From the IMG/VR virus record IMGVR_UViG_3300042486_001390, positions 1 to 64,000 of that record: a stretch of 64,000 nt of DNA; one strand, given 5' to 3'. The position numbers and the translations under genes were made by a program. The stretch comes from a virus. Shown here piece by piece: positions 54,824-64,000 of the stretch. Each line of letters starts with the position of its first letter. Position 1 is the stretch's first letter. The notes under the pieces were generated by a model. It saw nothing but the letters and a program-made list of their open reading frames with translations, was not told the origin of the DNA and did not search any database.

Positions 54824-57069
54824 CTAGAACAACTATTGTCAGACTCTTTAAAGTTATCCTTTTGAACAGTTCGTACATAATAGACTGCTTTACATCCTGA
54901 TTCCCACGCTAAAACTAGGGTTTCATAAATGTCTTTAGCTGTTAATGCGCGGTTAGGTTCATCAGGAAAATAAACCCCTTGATTAAGGTTGAACAGCAAT
55001 TCCATAGAAATCCCTGTATCAATCCATTTTTGCATTTCAGCAATCGCTTGGACGACAATCTTTTGATCAAGATTTTGATTCTCTTGGTAATACCAAAAGA
55101 AATCCTTAATAAAAGGAGGGCAATTAGGGATAGCACCCTTTGAGTTCTTTTCTGTAAATACCCGCTTAAAAACGGGCAAAACACTGGCAGTGCAACCTTG
55201 AATTAAGGAAGAAGTAGTGTTGGGAGCTACAGCAGCAATATGGGAATTTCTAATGCCAAATTGTTGAATACTTTTGGCTAATTGATGCCATCTCTCTGGT
55301 TGACTAGCATTACTTGAAAAATATTCTACTGGTTTAGCCCCTAATAATTTGCCTTGACTCCATTCACTGTTAGAGAAGGCTTGATAATGTCCACGTTGTT
55401 TAGCTAATTCCATCGAAGCGTAAGTACAAAAATAGCTAATATTTTCAAATAAATCACTGATCCTTGTAAAGTCTTTGTAGGATAATTTCCGTTTAGCTAA
55501 CCAGTCAGCCAATCCGGTGACACCAACTCCAATCGTTCGATATTTATCATTATGTTCTTTAGCCTCGCCAATTGGGGGACAAGTGAGGTCGATAGTATTG
55601 TCAAGCATCCTGACAGCAAGATGACACATTTCTGATAAATTAGTAGGAGTGTCAATGTTAGCAAGATTAAGACTAACTAAATTACAGCAATGGGCTGTTT
55701 TACCCGGTGTGACATTAGAAAAGCTCTCACAGCACAAATTAACTTGAGGGATGTACCCATCATGTTTATTAGGATTAGCGCGATTGATAGTATCTTTGAA
55801 GGCAAGATAGGGCATACCTGTCTCAATTTGAGGGCGCATAACATCTTTAAATAACTCCCTAGCATTAACCTTTTTGTAGAGAGTAATTTTTGTTCCTAGA
55901 CTATCTTCAATTAATTCATAAGCCTCTTCAAATTTGTCCCCCCATAGCTCTGCTAATTCTATCCCTAGTTTTATCCGAACTTCATAAGGATCAACTAATG
56001 TCCACTCGGCTTTATTTATTACCCGACGCATAAATTCATCGGTGATAACTAATTGGGGAAAAATATCATAAGCTTTGCGTCTTTGATCACCGTTTTCTGT
56101 TTGCATTTCCAGAAATTCTGGCACATCTAAATGCCAGATGTCAACACCGATAGTTACTGCCCCGGCGCGTTTTCCCCCCTGATTTACTGCAATAGCTGTA
56201 TCGTTGAGTAATTTAATCCAAGGAATAATCCCACCAGAAGCGTTAGCTTTCCCCATAACCGAGCTACCAGTGGCACGGATTCTACTCACATTCACCCCGA
56301 CACCGCCACCATTCTTGGAGATGCGAGCAGTATTAGTAATCTCGCTAAAAATACTCTCTAGATTGTCTTCCATTGCTACGATGAAGCAACTACTTAAAGA
56401 ACCATTAGGGGTTCTTAAATTGCCTAAAATTGGGGTAGCTAGAGAAATTTTTCTTTGGGCTATGGCTAGGTAGATTTGATAAGCAAAACGTAATCTATTT
56501 TCTGGTTTTTCTACACTTGCAAGTAATAAAGCGCAAGCTAAGAAAGCTTCTTGAGGTAATTCACAATCAAGTAAATACCTTTTTGACAGCATGATCGCAC
56601 CAGCATAGTCAAAATCTTTATCGTATTCTGGGTATATCCACTCTCCCGCAATTTCTAAATCTTTTTCATCATAGATTTCTGTGATTTTTGGATCATAAAC
56701 ACCCCTTTTTACCTGCCACTGGACATATTTAGCGTAGTCGGTTCCTTCTAATCTTCTGAAAACCGTGCGAGATAAATAGCCGCCAAATTCTCTTTTAATC
56801 CTTGTATCTTTCCATAATCCCCAGATGTGAAGTCTTCCGGCTACATACTTCCAATCGGTTTCTTCTACACAAAACAATTGTGTGGCAACATTAATTAAAT
56901 TTTCTTGAATTTCCCTAGTGGTAATCCCATCTCGTAATCGAGAAGTTAATCCTGATTCTAAAGCGAGGGGATTGACATCTAACCCTTCACACGCCCATTC
57001 AACTACTCGCCGAATTTTGGTAATGTCTAAGGGACGAGTTTCTCCACTTCTTTGAATTACGTTAATCAT
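54811..57069 (-). CDS. nrdA: Ribonucleotide reductase class I alpha subunit with ATP cone
   Basis: Likely start MINVIQRSG after GGAG; ATP cone, SSCF, GGGVG, NLCCE, CNLVS, APNTTSS and C-terminal CSSC. Confidence 0.95.
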   Translation of the reverse strand: MINVIQRSGETRPLDITKIRRVVEWACEGLDVNPLALESGLTSRLRDGITTREIQENLINVATQLFCVEETDWKYVAGRLHIWGLWKDTRIKREFGGYLSRTVFRRLEGTDYAKYVQWQVKRGVYDPKITEIYDEKDLEIAGEWIYPEYDKDFDYAGAIMLSKRYLLDCELPQEAFLACALLLASVEKPENRLRFAYQIYLAIAQRKISLATPILGNLRTPNGSLSSCFIVAMEDNLESIFSEITNTARISKNGGGVGVNVSRIRATGSSVMGKANASGGIIPWIKLLNDTAIAVNQGGKRAGAVTIGVDIWHLDVPEFLEMQTENGDQRRKAYDIFPQLVITDEFMRRVINKAEWTLVDPYEVRIKLGIELAELWGDKFEEAYELIEDSLGTKITLYKKVNARELFKDVMRPQIETGMPYLAFKDTINRANPNKHDGYIPQVNLCCESFSNVTPGKTAHCCNLVSLNLANIDTPTNLSEMCHLAVRMLDNTIDLTCPPIGEAKEHNDKYRTIGVGVTGLADWLAKRKLSYKDFTRISDLFENISYFCTYASMELAKQRGHYQAFSNSEWSQGKLLGAKPVEYFSSNASQPERWHQLAKSIQQFGIRNSHIAAVAPNTTSSLIQGCTASVLPVFKRVFTEKNSKGAIPNCPPFIKDFFWYYQENQNLDQKIVVQAIAEMQKWIDTGISMELLFNLNQGVYFPDEPNRALTAKDIYETLVLAWESGCKAVYYVRTVQKDNFKESDNSCSSCAN

Positions 57070-57113
57070 TTGGTTACTCCTGATTTTTAATTTTACTTTA
57101 ATAATCCTAGCGT

Positions 57114-57341
57114 TCATTCGATATTAGGACGGTCATTTTCTTCTGATTTTTCGTAAGTCGCTTCTATAGCTTTATCAATCCAAGCATTGATTTGATCATG
57201 CCTAATTTCTCCATAATCGGTTTCATCGTAAACTTCATTTTCACTTTTAATTCCTATATTTGAATAAAGTAATAAGAAATTGTATAAATCAATTTCGTTG
57301 ACCGATTGTATTAACTCTGTAAGAACTTGTTTAGCGTCCAT
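57114..57341 (-). CDS. Hypothetical protein
   Basis: 75-aa acidic ORF. Confidence 0.55.
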   Translation of the reverse strand: MDAKQVLTELIQSVNEIDLYNFLLLYSNIGIKSENEVYDETDYGEIRHDQINAWIDKAIEATYEKSEENDRPNIE

Positions 57342-57377
57342 TGTTATTTATCTTGAGTGTAATTTAATTTGAAGTAA

Positions 57378-57776
57378 TTACATCTTTGTCGGTTGCCAAT
57401 TGATTGATATTCTCAGTCTATCATAAGTTCCAGCTTTTATAAAGCCACACTCTTCTAAATATTCTATTAAAGGTTTAATTCGTGTTCTAGGAAACCCTAG
57501 AGTGTCAGCTAATTCTGTAATATTAATCATTGTAAATTTGCCGTTATTTTTTTCTTTTATTGACTTTGCAGTAGATATAATGATCTGTCCTTTTATAGCC
57601 AAATAAGCTTTTAAGTTGCCATAATATTGTTGTCCTCTTGCTGTCTTTAAAGAGTTAATTATAGCAGTCTCATTGCCGTTAAAACACAGGTTGCAAGGAT
57701 TAACATAGCAAGGGCATTTATACAGATAAGTGCCGTCGGGAAAGGATTGTCCTTTTGGGATGATTTGTGTTGGCAT
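57378..57776 (-). CDS. Protein with a Cys cluster and a C-terminal winged helix
   Basis: CPC...CNLC; ITELADTLGFPRTRIKPLIEYLEECGFIK. Confidence 0.6.
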   Translation of the reverse strand: MPTQIIPKGQSFPDGTYLYKCPCYVNPCNLCFNGNETAIINSLKTARGQQYYGNLKAYLAIKGQIIISTAKSIKEKNNGKFTMINITELADTLGFPRTRIKPLIEYLEECGFIKAGTYDRLRISINWQPTKM

Positions 57777-59375
57777 TTATTTATCCTGAATGTAATTTGT
57801 TTTTAGTTGAGATGCCCGTTCAATTTCTCTAGCTAGGTAGCCGATATGAAAAGATTGAATACTGGGACAATCGGCAATTATTTGACGGATTAGCTTCAAA
57901 GGATTCTTACCTTCCCATTTTCCCACAAATTCACCGTTAGGGTTTAGCTGACTGACTGTGATATTATTACTATCTGTTTCCACTAAAAAGTTACCAGCAG
58001 GATCACTGTAGCCTCGAAACTCTTGACTAATAATTGATTGGTATTGATTGTTAATTAACTGTTCTACATTTTCCCAACAGTCATCGTAAATATGGGCTGA
58101 TTGACTAATGGTAATCAGTGGACCCATTGATAAATCGTAGTCAGACTGCCTAGCAATTTCATCTCTGATATGACGCTGTAAAGCCCGTAATCCCATTGCA
58201 TTAGCTGGCCAAGCGGAAAACATATCATTACTTCTAAAGGTAGCTGTTAAAGACAGTTCATTATCTACTACTCTTACCCAGATATGATTGAGACAGGGAG
58301 ATCCGCTGTGATTATGATCTGAATCGCCTACCGAGCGGCCTCCTCGGTCAATAGAATTTGGTACTATTTCCCACCCGTCAGAATCGAAAAAAAACTCGTT
58401 TGATCGGGAAAACTCACTTTTTAAAGCCAAGCTGTAACATCCACTGGTAAGACTTTGGGGGTTGCCACTCCCGCTATCCCAAAGGGACATAACGGCACTA
58501 GCTGAGTCATTTTCTTCAATCAATTTGTTGATAACTGCTTTAATCTGGTCTTGACCAAACCAAGAGCGTAATCTTTGACCATAGGTATATTTAACCCCCT
58601 CCCTATAATCAGCATCATCAAGTATTTGTGGGATATAGTTCTTTAGATATTCTCTATCTAAAGGTAAGTAATTAGGTTCTGGAAAATAAAAATCTTCTGG
58701 TTCATCGGTAACTATCGCCATTAGGTCGATTAACTCTTGCCATTTACCATCATACCCAGTAGGTCTGATAGTGCCAATAGTTTTGATTCTTTGCAGTATT
58801 TTTATCCAAGTTTCAGCAATGGTTTTACCTTCAATCCGATGACCATATCGTGAACCGGGTTTTACTTCTGATGTAGGTTCATTGTAGGGAAAAACCATCG
58901 GTTCTGCCCACAAACCAAAGTTTCCTACTTCTACTATTGATTTTATATCTATATCCCGTTCAAGATTTGGTATTAAAATCACAGAATATCGTAATTGATT
59001 TAAAACTTCTAAAGGAATATTTATATCAATATATCCTTTCACTAAAGAATCAATTACCCAACACTCTTTCCCTACATAATTCTTCCCTCTATAAACCCCA
59101 TTTTTAAAGAAGTCTTTTAGACATTGAACGCTACCAGAATTTTTGTCTTCTTGGGTTGAATCCATTACAACAAGATAACGAACGTGGGGATTAGCTAACA
59201 AATTGCGAACCAGAAAGTTAATTCCCCTTGATGCGCTATAGAGGTTCCCGATCACAGCATAATCAGAAGGATCAAGTTTTGCGGCTACCGACTTAGCAGG
59301 AGTCCATCCTGTACAGATAGCAATATAGCCACTGCCTAAAATCAACTGATTGGGCTTGTAGATTGCATTAAACAT
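57777..59375 (-). CDS. thyA: Thymidylate synthase (ThyA fold) with N- and C-terminal extra domains
   Basis: YTYGQR, catalytic SPCL, FRSNDMFSAWPAN and SAHIY; C-terminal DPAGNF...HIGYLAREI (DUF4346-like). Confidence 0.85.
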   Translation of the reverse strand: MFNAIYKPNQLILGSGYIAICTGWTPAKSVAAKLDPSDYAVIGNLYSASRGINFLVRNLLANPHVRYLVVMDSTQEDKNSGSVQCLKDFFKNGVYRGKNYVGKECWVIDSLVKGYIDINIPLEVLNQLRYSVILIPNLERDIDIKSIVEVGNFGLWAEPMVFPYNEPTSEVKPGSRYGHRIEGKTIAETWIKILQRIKTIGTIRPTGYDGKWQELIDLMAIVTDEPEDFYFPEPNYLPLDREYLKNYIPQILDDADYREGVKYTYGQRLRSWFGQDQIKAVINKLIEENDSASAVMSLWDSGSGNPQSLTSGCYSLALKSEFSRSNEFFFDSDGWEIVPNSIDRGGRSVGDSDHNHSGSPCLNHIWVRVVDNELSLTATFRSNDMFSAWPANAMGLRALQRHIRDEIARQSDYDLSMGPLITISQSAHIYDDCWENVEQLINNQYQSIISQEFRGYSDPAGNFLVETDSNNITVSQLNPNGEFVGKWEGKNPLKLIRQIIADCPSIQSFHIGYLAREIERASQLKTNYIQDK

Positions 59376-59713
59376 TGGCTTTTCCTTTTTCTTTAATATT
59401 GGGTTGCTTCCAAGTTTCTATTTCTTTCAGAAATAAATCAGATTTAGGTTTCCAATTTTCTATTTCTTCTAGAAGCAAGTCCAGTTTTGCGTTGATTTCT
59501 TCAAGAGTCATAATTGATTTTACCTCTACTTTGTTCAAGAGATTTTATTTCTGCTAATGTTTTTTTTGATTGATTCTTTTTCATTGGCAAGCAATTCTCT
59601 TACTTTTTGAAAAAGAATCAATATTCTTTTGTCAATTTCTGTGATAGTTATAAGTCCCTCTTTATTTGAGAATTTTTTACGAAAAGCAAATATTAGGGAT
59701 GCTATCAGAAACT

Positions 59714-60010
59714 TTAACAAATATACGAAAGGTTTAGAGGAGGAGATGCGGGATGAGGTCTAACAAATACATGATGTACCAATCCAGCTAGTTGATAAGT
59801 TCCAATGTATTGTCCTTTTTTATCTATCAAATCGTCATCAGTACAGTAAGTCAAAATATCAAAAATCCTCTTAGGTTCTTCTGTTTCTACTAATGCCCAA
59901 AGTGTAGGAATATTATTCTGCAACTGAACGCATAATATCTTTGCGTTTAAAGGCATTTCGATCTCGTGACAAGAAGTTGTATCTATAGGGTACTTCCAGA
60001 TGGTTCTCAT
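59714..60010 (-). CDS. Conserved-looking phage hypothetical protein
   Basis: TIWKYPI...LCVQLQ...LWALV...YIGTYQ...HVF. Confidence 0.65.
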   Translation of the reverse strand: MRTIWKYPIDTTSCHEIEMPLNAKILCVQLQNNIPTLWALVETEEPKRIFDILTYCTDDDLIDKKGQYIGTYQLAGLVHHVFVRPHPASPPLNLSYIC

Positions 60011-60065
60011 TGGTTTTTTGGGTTAGTGTACATTGATCCGATAACCGATAACTGGCACTGTAGTA

Positions 60066-60269
60066 TTACTCTGGTTTTTGCCACGGATTATCACCTAATC
60101 CCCATTGATGTTTAAGAAAAGCTTTGTACATATTTTCTCTGACCATCATTTGTTCGTAAAGCTTGATCAGGAAATCCTGCGCTTGCTCCTGACTCATTTT
60201 TTCTACCTGAGTCTGAAAAGAACGAATATTGAACTGCTGTTCTAAAGAAAGTTTGATAGGTTGAGACAT
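60066..60269 (-). CDS. nblA: Phycobilisome degradation protein NblA
   Basis: LSLEQQFNIRSFQTQVEKMSQEQAQDFLIKLYEQMMVRENMYKAFLKHQWG. Confidence 0.95.
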   Translation of the reverse strand: MSQPIKLSLEQQFNIRSFQTQVEKMSQEQAQDFLIKLYEQMMVRENMYKAFLKHQWGLGDNPWQKPE

Positions 60270-60284
60270 AGCATTACTCCTAAA

Positions 60285-60479
60285 TTAAAATTCAGACTCT
60301 TCTTTTTGAGGTTCAAATCTATTATCAAAGTCTTCCAACGTTTGTTTTAGACAATGATAAAAGCCATTAAATTCGTCAAAAGGTTCCCAGTCTTTTTCGT
60401 GATGTTTGAGTAGCTTTCTTGCCATTTCTGGTTCAATGGGAACATAGATGTAATCTTCTAGCGTGAATTTATCTTCCAC
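60285..60479 (-). CDS. Hypothetical protein
   Basis: 64-aa acidic ORF with a GGAG RBS. Confidence 0.6.
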   Translation of the reverse strand: MEDKFTLEDYIYVPIEPEMARKLLKHHEKDWEPFDEFNGFYHCLKQTLEDFDNRFEPQKEESEF

Positions 60480-60747
60480 CGCCTAACTCCTCCCAAAAAT
60501 TGTCAAAACAAGTGATTTTCATCTCTAATCTTCTGTCAAATAAATCTTGAAAATTAGGATTATCAATTTCTTTTTTTATTCTATCAGAGTATTCATGTAC
60601 AAAAGAAATAATGTTTTCAAGGCTGATAGCATTGTTAGCTTCATCTTGATAATATTGTTCTTTTTGAGCATCCGACATTTTATCCCAAATTTGACTTCTT
60701 AATTCTATTAAGTCTTTTTTAAGGTTTTTTATTAGATTCGCATCCAT
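60469..60747 (-). CDS. Hypothetical protein
   Basis: 92-aa ORF with GAGG upstream. Confidence 0.6.
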   Translation of the reverse strand: MDANLIKNLKKDLIELRSQIWDKMSDAQKEQYYQDEANNAISLENIISFVHEYSDRIKKEIDNPNFQDLFDRRLEMKITCFDNFWEELGGGR

Positions 60748-60770
60748 ACCATAACACCTCTTTTAGATAA

Positions 60771-60956
60771 TTATCTCTTTTTGATCGCCATTTTTTCGAG
60801 TATTAACCGAGTATCTTTTTCTGCCTGAGATTTAGCGTATAAAGCTATAAACTTTAATCCTTTGCGAATAATTTCAGCCCTCGGTAAATTCAACTGCTGA
60901 GATATTTCTTCGAGACATTCTGAGCTTTTCCCACTAATTGAAATTTTGATAATCAT
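60771..60956 (-). CDS. CopG-like RHH protein
   Basis: IKISIS...LEEISQQLNLPRAEIIRKGL. Confidence 0.65.
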   Translation of the reverse strand: MIIKISISGKSSECLEEISQQLNLPRAEIIRKGLKFIALYAKSQAEKDTRLILEKMAIKKR

Positions 60957-61211
60957 GTTTTAGCTCTTACCGATACTTCTCCACTAAATAATCAATATAC
61001 GATTCTTTGGGGTCTTCTGAGCCTAAATCAACAACCCCCACTAAGTTTCTTGTCCAAGAATCAAGATCGCTTATGTTAGGGAATGAGAGTAGGTGATTTT
61101 TTGCTTTGTCTTTTACTATCGCAATATTTAACATGAAAAATGTTAAATCTATCAGTAATTGTTTTGACATAATTTTATCTTGTTTCTACAAATTTACCAT
61201 AATTAAACTAT

Positions 61212-61715
61212 ATGCCTTCTTACTTGAATTGTCAAGATAATTTTGATACACTAAGATTAGAAAAATTTATATTAATACAAATGTTCGACAGTGCTATTGG
61301 AGTTGCGGGAAAGTTTCTAGAAAATCCCACAATTAAGGCTAATGCCTCTCTATCCTTTTCCGTGGCTACAGGCTCGACTATAACTACAGATAGCGTAGGC
61401 AATCCGATCATAAGCCCTGCAGCGATGGAATCCGTAGTAATTACCTGTTGGTTGCAACAGTCAAAACCGCCTGTGGCAGAATTACAAGAGGGTAGTTATC
61501 TCGATTGTGAATATTTTGAGGGAAGATTGGTAAAGCCTAAAGATTACCCGCTCCCAGTCAGGACTACAGGGGAACTACAAGTAACAATTAATGGCAGAAT
61601 CGGTCTTGTCAGGCAGTTAAATGTGTTTGAGTCTCCAACAAGTCAACAGTTAGGAATTGCCGCAAAACTAGGACGGAGAATTAAACTTTATGTAAGGTTT
61701 GATCAGGGTAGTTAA
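61212..61715 (+). CDS. Head closure / neck-like protein (putative), on the opposite strand to its neighbours
   Basis: TTDSVGNPII motif and beta-rich composition; probable start MFDSA at 61281. Confidence 0.45.
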   Translation: MPSYLNCQDNFDTLRLEKFILIQMFDSAIGVAGKFLENPTIKANASLSFSVATGSTITTDSVGNPIISPAAMESVVITCWLQQSKPPVAELQEGSYLDCEYFEGRLVKPKDYPLPVRTTGELQVTINGRIGLVRQLNVFESPTSQQLGIAAKLGRRIKLYVRFDQGS

Positions 61716-61873
61716 GCACCGGAACCTTTTAAGTAGCCGAGGTATCCTGAAACAATTGCCACGATAACATTGCCGTAGGTGTCAGTAGTTTCAGGAGTTA
61801 GAGTGGAATGAATCAGGCAAGCGAAAACAATTAAAACACAGACAATAGACGGGTCTAACTTAAGATATGACAT
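61712..61873 (-). CDS. 53-aa two-TM protein, holin candidate (absent from the ORF track)
   Basis: Manual translation MSYLKLDPSIVCVLIVFACLIHSTLTPETTDTYGNVIVAIVSGYLGYLKGSGA. Confidence 0.5.
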   Translation of the reverse strand: MSYLKLDPSIVCVLIVFACLIHSTLTPETTDTYGNVIVAIVSGYLGYLKGSGA

Positions 61874-62270
61874 TGCTGTTATCATCTTTTATAAAAATTT
61901 TCCTTAGAATTGGTTTATCACTAATTGTTAACTTTAATTCGTCTTGGTTCCATTTCGTGAATATTGAATCGTATCCATAAATATATTTTAAACTGTCATC
62001 GACAATAACCCCCGCTTTTTTTAGCCCATCATTGACATACTTTGCGCTACCACAAACATTATCAGGGTCACGCCCAAAGTTTTTAATTCGCCATTCGTAA
62101 AGCATCCATACTTTGTCAGGAAAACATGGAACTTCTTGTTCTATAATAAGTTTTTGTATATTAAAATCCCATTCTTTTTTAGTAGTTGCGCTTTTAAATT
62201 TATTTGCGCGAGCTAATCTTATTTGATCATTAAGAGTCGGCGGAAGTGGACAGATAAAAATCGCTTTCAT
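61860..62270 (-). CDS. rusA: RusA-like Holliday junction resolvase
   Basis: PPTLN, RDPDN...K...DGLKKAGVIVDDS. Confidence 0.75.
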   Translation of the reverse strand: MKAIFICPLPPTLNDQIRLARANKFKSATTKKEWDFNIQKLIIEQEVPCFPDKVWMLYEWRIKNFGRDPDNVCGSAKYVNDGLKKAGVIVDDSLKYIYGYDSIFTKWNQDELKLTISDKPILRKIFIKDDNSNVIS

Positions 62271-62938
62271 AATCTTGTTGGGCGATACTTTTTAAATATC
62301 ATTAACAAATCATCAGGAATTGTACCAAGTTGACCAGTCCCATAATTGATTTTTGCCTCTTCAAAAGGTAATTCAACTGACGAAACACCCTTAAAAGAAC
62401 CCGTATTGCATACCCAATCTAAAACACGGCCAAAAGCCGCTTTTATCTCTCTTGTTTGTCGGGTATCTTGAGAGAAATTAATGCCACTGGAATACTCCAC
62501 GTCAGCCTCGGAAAACTCAGGATATGGTTCCCGACTGTAGCCATGATAGCCGCCATATCCCCACGATCTACCAATTGCTGTAGATAGGTGAATTTGCCCG
62601 TCTATATCGATTATGTAGTCGTTAGAACCTAAAATTTGCCAACTATCAGGAGCGATAGCCCGATTAAATCCATCGGTAATATTGCCTAGTCTGGCTTTAA
62701 TTATCGGAGCAGGATTGCTGATAATTGGAGTATTTATACTGACATAAGTTAATCTAAAATTTTGGAATTTCAGGTTAACTCTTAGTCTTTCCCGGTGACG
62801 GGTAATTTCTAGGGGTCGATCTGCCCCTCTATCGCCTTCAATGATTGATTGAACAAAGTAAATCGCACCAGTGACGGCATCTTCTGATAAAGATACCGAT
62901 GGTGCGAAAATAGAGAGGTCATCAACGCTAAAAATCAT
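62267..62938 (-). CDS. Head-tail adaptor protein (putative)
   Basis: Position after the capsid gene; VEYSSG...EIKAA...KKYR pattern. Confidence 0.6.
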   Translation of the reverse strand: MIFSVDDLSIFAPSVSLSEDAVTGAIYFVQSIIEGDRGADRPLEITRHRERLRVNLKFQNFRLTYVSINTPIISNPAPIIKARLGNITDGFNRAIAPDSWQILGSNDYIIDIDGQIHLSTAIGRSWGYGGYHGYSREPYPEFSEADVEYSSGINFSQDTRQTREIKAAFGRVLDWVCNTGSFKGVSSVELPFEEAKINYGTGQLGTIPDDLLMIFKKYRPTRL

Positions 62939-63162
62939 TAGGAAACCTTACTCAACAAAGGACAACTTGTGTCATGAACCGGGCAAAATGGACGATGTTC
63001 GAGGTCGGTTCTAAGTTGACCCTTACACCGGTTACAGACTGGATAACCCAGTGCTTTTAGGTTGTCATAAGTAACTTTATTGGTTCCATTTGTCGGGGGA
63101 AGGTTTTTAGTTCCACCTGTCACAGTGGGTAAAGTTTCTTCGAGGGTTTCTTTGCTTGCCAT
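62938..63162 (-). CDS. Small Cys-rich protein after the capsid gene
   Basis: Likely start MASKETL; CNRC...CPVHDTSCP. Confidence 0.55.
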   Translation of the reverse strand: MASKETLEETLPTVTGGTKNLPPTNGTNKVTYDNLKALGYPVCNRCKGQLRTDLEHRPFCPVHDTSCPLLSKVS

Positions 63163-63182
63163 AATTGTTAGAAAGATAGGGT

Positions 63183-64000
63183 TTATACAGCTACATCTAG
63201 GGTGCGTAATTCGGCTACTCGTAACTGCTGAGAGGCTTCCCCAGTACCTACGGGATCGACATCTAAGGTCTTGTAGCCGAGCCACGCTAACCAAGTTGCG
63301 CGAATCCGACGATCAAATTGAGTGACATTATCAAAAGTGATTTGAAACGGCATCCCTACACCAACACCTAACGCACCGGCTCCAATTAAATAACCAGTAC
63401 GGGTAGTTTTAGCACCTAAAGAACCGCCCAATGTTTCACTTTGAACACCGGGTTGACCAGCCGCTCCGACACCGACACTATTGCCAGTTTCAAAAATATG
63501 AAATTTTTCTACTAACCCTAAATACGAGCTAACCCTTCCAGTATCTCCAGGGGGAATATAAGACGGATTGAGAATATTTAGTAAAGCGTCAAGATCGCGA
63601 GTTGTATTTGCTTGCCAATCGTCATCATAACTCTCTTTTAATTGCAGAATTTGAGTCGAATTTAGGAATAACAAATACGTCTGGTCGGGATACATCTGGA
63701 ACCTGTTATCGTGGGCATATTGATATAATCGCCGCAAGAATCCTTTGGTAAAAGTTCCATCATCTCCTGTTGCCGATAGCCCAGCAGGAGAAGTAACAAG
63801 ACTGCCTTTTTTGTTATACAAATGCAGTGACGTGCTATCAAGCATAGTTTTGATCATGGTATTATCAAAACTTGCATAGTCGTAATACAGCGTATTCTGC
63901 ATCCAATCAATCATTCCCATCGCACTAAAATATTCAGTGAAAGTTGGGATAGAAACAGGTCGGATTGCAGTAGAAGCACCTACTTTACCGCGCCCATATT
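63183..64000 (-). CDS. Major capsid protein, C-terminal part (putative; truncated by the window edge)
   Basis: Frame is open to the window end; position upstream of the head-tail genes; QFDRRIRATWLAWLGYKTLD resembles an HK97-fold C-terminus. Confidence 0.6.
   Translation of the reverse strand, partial: YGRGKVGASTAIRPVSIPTFTEYFSAMGMIDWMQNTLYYDYASFDNTMIKTMLDSTSLHLYNKKGSLVTSPAGLSATGDDGTFTKGFLRRLYQYAHDNRFQMYPDQTYLLFLNSTQILQLKESYDDDWQANTTRDLDALLNILNPSYIPPGDTGRVSSYLGLVEKFHIFETGNSVGVGAAGQPGVQSETLGGSLGAKTTRTGYLIGAGALGVGVGMPFQITFDNVTQFDRRIRATWLAWLGYKTLDVDPVGTGEASQQLRVAELRTLDVAV

Overview
This window looks like most of a large temperate siphovirus-like prophage or phage-plasmid of a cyanobacterium, probably Microcystis-like (NblA, STRR-type heptamer repeats, REP-like element, cyanobacterial tRNA-Ile2). 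The extreme left end (DUF4332-like gene start and a REP-like palindrome) looks like host DNA. Phage modules seen: a tail tip gene, NlpC/P60, a ~5,290-aa multi-enzyme tape measure protein, tail chaperones with a -1 frameshift site, tail tube and neck genes, an early arm of small genes driven by repeated promoter cassettes, terminase, an iteron-like candidate origin, tail fibre genes, nrdAB, thymidylate synthase, nblA, a RusA-like gene, a head-tail adaptor and the end of a probable major capsid gene. The main finding lies inside the tail module. A 561-aa TnpB/Cas12f-like nuclease with an intact RuvC triad runs directly into a 5-repeat CRISPR array; its stop codon is inside the first repeat, and its own 3' coding sequence carries a 25/27 anti-repeat. 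This suggests a compact phage-borne type V system intermediate between TnpB and Cas12, with the tracrRNA and probably the leader embedded in the ORF and no cas1/cas2 in the window. One spacer translates to a phage-lysozyme-like motif. Other notable items: the polyvalent tape measure protein, a DGR-like variable region without a reverse transcriptase in the window, about ten copies of a composite palindromic intergenic element, two CAT-anticodon tRNAs, a half tRNA-Tyr and orphan antitoxins. All family assignments come from motif recognition by eye; no searches were run.
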